A stretch of 64,000 nucleotides of DNA from Vezdaea acicularis (Eukaryota). The position numbers were made by a program, and so were the translations under genes. The DNA is taken from assembly GCA_026025075.1 (NCBI GenBank), contig JAPEUI010000002.1, positions 62,001-126,000 of the forward strand, written 5' to 3'. Below, piece after piece: positions 58,579 to 64,000 of the stretch. Below the pieces are notes generated by a model. The model had not been told where the DNA came from. It made no database searches and saw only the letters and a program-made list of their open reading frames with translations. Every line of letters starts with the position of its first letter. The stretch's first letter is position 1.

Positions 58579-60516
58579 TCAATACCCGTTAGCCCACTCG
58601 ACACTTTCTAACGCACACATGACTAGAATGAGTGTAGATGGTAATATCCTGAAATTACAGATTAGCTCATCTCACATAGACAGAAGGGTTCAATTGCGTA
58701 CCAGATAACATAACTCTGAAATAACAGCTTGCTCATAGCCGCTTCGTAGACGCCGTTAATTTGGCAAATCTGTGCTAGCTGCAATGCGCTTGGTGCACCT
58801 GTGAGCAAGAAGCAGACGATCACAAATATCGGGTCGTCCACTATCGATACCGGTACGTATTTTGCGGACAACGCCAGCAGGGGCGCCATGATGATGGTTG
58901 GAAGGAGCATACGGCTGATGAGGGACGCGATAAGGAGGTTCCTGTTCTCCTTTTCGTCCACAACTTGATGCGGGTCGTTCGGGAGAGTATTGCGAGCTAG
59001 ATTGGCGCCAAGCACCACAAGGATAAGAGGAATGGCAACGCCACCTGATTGCTGGACGGCTCGAGTGACCGAATTGTTGATGAATGTACCTGGTGTGAAG
59101 AAAAGTCGTTGCAGGGAAGGAATGGAAGCAACAACGATTGCTGTAAGCATAGCCCAAAGTGGTGGATTCATGAATTCCCATAGACCACGAAGGAACCGTA
59201 TAGCTGCTGAAGAGCCCCTTTGGAGCACATTCTGGACGGGTGTGGGGAGCTTTTGGAAGGCAGTGGTAGATAGGCTAGATATTTTAGTCATGGTGGCAAG
59301 GACGAAATTGCTAAATGCGTATTTCAAGCGTGCAAGATAGCCTTTCCAGCCTTCTGGGAAGTTTGGTTCCTCCCCTGAGTAATTGCTGCTGACTTTTGGA
59401 AACGAGGTAATATGGCCATTTGTTTCGCCTCTCGGCAGGACGTTGCCATTAGCTGGAGTAGGTAAAAGATCTGGAGCTGGACCAGGATTTTTCTGCTGGT
59501 TGTCTGAAGAAGCCTTAGACGCGACTGAAGATGTATATTCCTGACGAGTGATCGGTGTCTCAGCTCCCGACGCAAATTCCGATTCCGTACGAGATCCATG
59601 GCCTTCATTCCCACTTCCTTCACCAAGCTTGTCTACTGATGACAGTCCAATTTTACTTCTACCGGAGTTCAATTTGCTGTTGTCCTCATGATATGCAATG
59701 AGTGGGTTTCCTTCTACTTCATCCTCATCTTCATCAGGATCGTCCCGATACCTACCCTCGCCTTCCTCAATGCGCGAACTCGTATGCACGTCTTCTTCCT
59801 CGAACTTCTCAGGTGGGGCTAGCAAGACGTGATACCCCCAGCTCCATCTTAAGAGTTGGCCGAGCTGTTGGAAGATAAGAAGATACAGAATGCCGCGAGC
59901 TGCCACTTCATCATCATTGTCGCCAGGTATTTGATCCCAATGCAGACCTTTAAGCGTCTTAGATAAAGATATGACCAGCGAAATTGGTAGTGAATTCGAG
60001 TTGCCGAAAACCCCCATGGCTATCACAAAATTGGATGGCCTTTTCTTAAACTTAAATAAACGGGTCATGAGCACGGAGCTCAGATAGGACACGAGAGTTT
60101 GAATTGCAAATATAACAGGAATGACTGCCAAGTCAACAAGAGTCTCGGCGGTCAACTGTGAGGCGAGCTTTGTGAATACTGCTCCTAGTGTAAGCAGAAT
60201 ACTTGAGCAATGTTTATCGAAAATACGCACTCAGACAAGGTGTAAAGAGCGCCACATTCAGGTTGGCTACAAACTTCTGCATATCGGCATCAAACATGCC
60301 TTGTCGGGCTATAATATACCCCGGAAGACTGACGCATACTACCTCGAGCACGGCTTCAAACACTAACATAATGAGATGTCCGAAGGGGGGATGAGTTGAG
60401 TGAGGCGCTCGAATTGCCTTCATGGCGAACGCCGAGAATACATCTGTTGGTGCCCGATCAAAAACCGTGTCCGGGCTCGCCAGTCGAAATGACGTTGGAG
60501 ATGTGAAGTAACCCAT
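58579..60516 (-). CDS. Auxin efflux carrier (AEC/PILS/Ecm3-like) membrane transporter, 3 exons
   Basis: LFTPCLIFTKL, FGNSNSLP, NPPLWA, PLILVVLGANL and DDPIF...PSA motifs; central acidic loop. Confidence 0.92.
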
Positions 60517-61041
60517 CTTTCCTAAACGACAAGTCGTCACCACCGCAACGAAGTGGTGATGTCGAACTAGAAGGTAGCAGAGTTTGGAGATGTGACAATG
60601 GGTTTGTAAAGTCCAGGGAGTATGACGAGAAGTTGGCAGTTTAGCGAAATGGCTTGGCCGGGAAAAACCAAGAATCGGAGTAGCGTACTCAGCCCCGCGA
60701 AGGACCCTACGACAACTATTTCGCATCTTCCCAGGTACTGTTTTTGACTATGAAGTTTCATTGATGGTTGAAATTTGGTAACGTGCAGCCTGATGCTTGT
60801 TCCATGTCATGATACACTATACGTTACTCCATAGCTGGCAAGGCAACCCAGGCGTAACCCGAGAAGCTACGGAGGATCATGCTTGAAAAACCCAAACTTT
60901 CGTTTCAGCAAAGTCTCAGTGAATTCACAGATCTGGACCCGATCACTAAAGTGATTATTCTAGGTTAAGATTTCTAGCTCAGTGTGCGCTTCTCTGCACT
61001 TCGGGGATGTAACGCTGATTAAGACATGATAACAAGTAAAG

Positions 61042-63006
61042 CTATTGAAGTCTAATACCTGCCTGCTGGGTCTTTTTGGCCGTGACACTCATCGCGCTGT
61101 TCATGCCCGTAGTTTGACTAGTATCAAAAAGAGATTTTGCTTCCTTCCGATCTTGCTCTTCGTTCTTCTTCATCCCTTTCTCCGTCTTCTGCTTTCCTGG
61201 CTCTCTTCCATGGAACTGATGACTCAGGTCTTTGAAAGCTTCCTTTAGGTTCAACTCCCTTCCATCCTTGGTATAGTGAAGCTCTACATTCGGCTTGTAG
61301 TACTTCCTCATAATGGCTTCTCGCTCCTGTGATTCAAGCTTGTCACGCTTTTCGTTCTCTTGTTGAGCATGTCTTTCCCGTTCGTGGGCAGACATGTGCT
61401 TAAACATTGGGTTGTCGCGATCACGTACTCGTTGCCGACGAGTGCGTTCTTCACACTTTGCTTTGTGGCGATTCAGCTCGGCCACCAAAGCATCTCTCTG
61501 ACGGTCTTTCCGATTATCCGAGCCTGCAGCTCCCACAATGCCCCGTCGATTGAGCAGGCCAACTAGGTTGCCAATACCTGCACCTTCAAATGTTGCTTCG
61601 GCCTCAAGACCAGTTGTATCATTGTCTTGCTCACCCTTCTGCTCATCAGGAAGCTGTTCCATATTTACATCATTATCTAATTGAGGGAATATCGCTGCAC
61701 TGGAGCTTGTATGCTCTACCTTCGGGCGTCGTGGCTGTGGTTTCGTAGGCTTTTGTAGATTTTGGATGAACTCTGATGTCTCATCAATGACTAAACCACC
61801 TTCTTCGGGAGTACTTAGCTCTTCATCGATTTCCATCTGTTCTTGGACCGTAGTTCTCCTCTTTTTCAGCGCACTTCTCCTCTGAAGGGCCAAGAACGAC
61901 TGTAAGCTATCATCATCTGCGAAGGAGGTATCTGCGACGCGACGTTTGAGACTGGTCCCATTCTCGCTAGCCCCATGATCCACGTTCATTGCCTCTACAT
62001 TGGTAGTCGAGATCTCTGGATTTGGAAATATATCATCGTCATCGGTCACTTTTTGCCGTGTCGCTCTCGACTTTCGCTTCTTAGGTTTTCGTATCTTCAC
62101 CTCCGAAGGGTCCAAGTAATCCGATCTTGGCTCGTCGTCTACACCTTTCATCAGTACAAGGCTACAATAGACGGTATGAGCTATTAACTCACTAAGAAAA
62201 TCCAAGCTGATTGCCTGCTTCTTCAGTCCCTCCCCAATGCTCTTCTTCGCCTTCTCCTCTTCCTCTGTATTTCTACCGTGGTCATCCAGGACGAATTGTT
62301 TTCTCTCTTTGCCATCAATTTCTACATCATACTGACTCAGAATTTTCCTTTCGCCTGTTTCGACGGCGTCGTTTGGATTATAGACCGGCTTTTTCCTCTT
62401 CAACTCCAATTTTTCGAAAAGCTTTTCCTCCTCCTTGAGCTCCAAGTTCTCAAGCTCATCTCCTTCAACCTCGTTCTCTTCGATTGTTGTATCCTTGAGA
62501 GTTAAGACCCGATCACCCCCTTCCAAAAAGTTGTTAATTTCGTGGGTGACAGTCACTCCTGCTAAATCTTCAGCATTGTACTCAACGGGCCTCTCACGTT
62601 CGGCCAGCTCTTCTTCCATCTTTTTCGCCTTCAAAATCCGTTTTTCCCGCTTGCTCTTCTGTTTCAACCAAGCCATAGTGTCCAGGTCGTTGTCTTTGCT
62701 AGATTCACCAAGACTCTTACCCTCCAACTTAGAAAATCGCTTGGCGGCATCTCGCGCCTTCTTGATGCGCTCATTCTTGGCCTCTCTCTCTAGCTTTGCC
62801 TCCTCCTCCTGCCGCAACTTGTTCCAGTTGTCGTAACCTTCAGCTTGGCGTGACTCGAGAGTACTACTTTTCTCCTCTTCTATGGTTCCATTCTGCGGTG
62901 GTGGCACTTCCTTGAAGGTAGGACTTTCCCCTGGGACAGGTAAAGGTTTTAGGCCAAGACTGACCCGTATCTTGTTGGTCTCCAGGATGGATATCGCGTC
63001 AGCCAT
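61042..63006 (-). CDS. SNU66: U4/U6.U5 tri-snRNP protein Snu66/SART-1
   Basis: HIND motif SILETNKIRVSLGLKPL; VLTLKD; ILSQYD; KEAFKDLSHQFHG; probable in-frame intron 62139-62192. Confidence 0.94.
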   Translation of the reverse strand: MADAISILETNKIRVSLGLKPLPVPGESPTFKEVPPPQNGTIEEEKSSTLESRQAEGYDNWNKLRQEEEAKLEREAKNERIKKARDAAKRFSKLEGKSLGESSKDNDLDTMAWLKQKSKREKRILKAKKMEEELAERERPVEYNAEDLAGVTVTHEINNFLEGGDRVLTLKDTTIEENEVEGDELENLELKEEEKLFEKLELKRKKPVYNPNDAVETGERKILSQYDVEIDGKERKQFVLDDHGRNTEEEEKAKKSIGEGLKKQAISLDFLSELIAHTVYCSLVLMKGVDDEPRSDYLDPSEVKIRKPKKRKSRATRQKVTDDDDIFPNPEISTTNVEAMNVDHGASENGTSLKRRVADTSFADDDSLQSFLALQRRSALKKRRTTVQEQMEIDEELSTPEEGGLVIDETSEFIQNLQKPTKPQPRRPKVEHTSSSAAIFPQLDNDVNMEQLPDEQKGEQDNDTTGLEAEATFEGAGIGNLVGLLNRRGIVGAAGSDNRKDRQRDALVAELNRHKAKCEERTRRQRVRDRDNPMFKHMSAHERERHAQQENEKRDKLESQEREAIMRKYYKPNVELHYTKDGRELNLKEAFKDLSHQFHGREPGKQKTEKGMKKNEEQDRKEAKSLFDTSQTTGMNSAMSVTAKKTQQAGIRLQ

Positions 63007-63775
63007 GTTGTCGGCGCAAGTGATTTAATGGCGTCAAATCGATTTTGTAAGATATCCTCGTTCGGTGTGCCAGAATACGAATCAAAGATTTAGTAACCAC
63101 GATAGCATCGCTCCGTAGGCCCTCAAACTGCCTCTCTGGACGAGTATCGGCCTTATTCGAAGTACTGGTATGCTAAGCGTGCAAGACAGGTCGGTCCAAT
63201 AAACTTTGCGGAGCTAGTTTTCGGTAATGCCGAGACGAGCGCTAGCGGGCCGAAATCTTGGCGCAGGCGAAATGATTTTCTATTTCGCTACGATGCGAAA
63301 TTTTGTTTCTTCTCTCACACAGACCTGTGCCCGGAAGTCCCACGTCCTCTCTCTGAGATGGACTGTGGTTGATTTCCGAGGCAGTTCAACGTTTATGGAG
63401 CCATCTGCCATTAAAATGGCTTAGTGATGTAAATCGTCCGGTTGACAGGCCTTAGAGGAAATCAGGTCCTTAGTCTGCCTGAGCTCCAAAGTCCTTCCAG
63501 GATGGGTTGAGCTCGGTGGCCTTGAGATCCTGAGGGCGTTATATTCCAAGTCGTGACCGAGGCCGTTGGCCATTGAGAGTTCGGGAATAACCATAACTTT
63601 GCCTACAGTTCCTAACCTTTCTCGCTTGATGCTCTAGAAGAAATCTCGATGATTTGCTTTTACATGGAAGTTGAACAATATTCATATTAATCTACGTGCT
63701 GGTGGATAACGCAACAGCTTGTGAACTCTTCTCTTCGTGATCCTGTCCTCATTTTCTTACACCGTACCTAAGTAA

Positions 63776-64000
63776 TCATCTCAGCAATCTCAGTTGTCCT
63801 GTGACTTGATCGACGACTGTCTTCGGGCCAGGTCCTACGCCTAGAACAGTCGCAGTCCCACTTGCAATCTCTGTCCTTCCTGCATCGTGAATAATCTCTG
63901 CAACTAGTCCTAGACTTACTGCTTGAGCTTGCAGAACACGTAATTCCTCTTCGGACTTGACTTGCAACGTGATCTTAGTCTGCCCCTGTTTCTCCCACCG
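63776..64000 (-). CDS. PTH2: Peptidyl-tRNA hydrolase 2, 3' part; continues off the right edge
   Basis: GQTKITLQV...IHDAGRTEIASGTATVLGVGP...VDQVTGQLRLL. Confidence 0.92.
   Translation of the reverse strand, partial: RWEKQGQTKITLQVKSEEELRVLQAQAVSLGLVAEIIHDAGRTEIASGTATVLGVGPGPKTVVDQVTGQLRLLR

Overview
Gene-dense, intron-containing region of a filamentous ascomycete (Pezizomycotina-type) genome, with short GT-AG introns and CTRAC branch points. I can support about 26 protein-coding genes. Most are housekeeping or metabolic: CDF metal transporter, aspartic protease, GH32 plus sugar porter pair, GST, NDUFB4, PIS1, LAMMER kinase, sideroflexin, carboxylesterase, RPS22/uS8, UCH37, ALO1, Cas1-like O-acetyltransferase, SEC63, MDR dehydrogenase, peroxisomal thioesterase, LEU4, carnosine N-methyltransferase-like, PAC4-like, HSP20, auxin-efflux-family carrier, SNU66/SART1 and PTH2. 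There is also one intron-containing tRNA-Arg(UCG) and an intronic H/ACA snoRNA (snR44-like) that I folded by hand. No transposon, CRISPR array or secondary-metabolite cluster is evident. Best leads: (i) the RPS22 locus, with the snoRNA and alternative pairings around its 5'-UTR intron; (ii) an uncharacterised protein with a PARP-type zinc-finger-like motif; (iii) a cytosolic RING-like/PY/LysM/UBA-like protein; (iv) a DDRGK1-like ER protein in a lineage thought to lack UFM1; (v) a secreted protein with two 8-Cys modules. All exon boundaries were read manually and family calls rest on remembered motifs, not on database searches.
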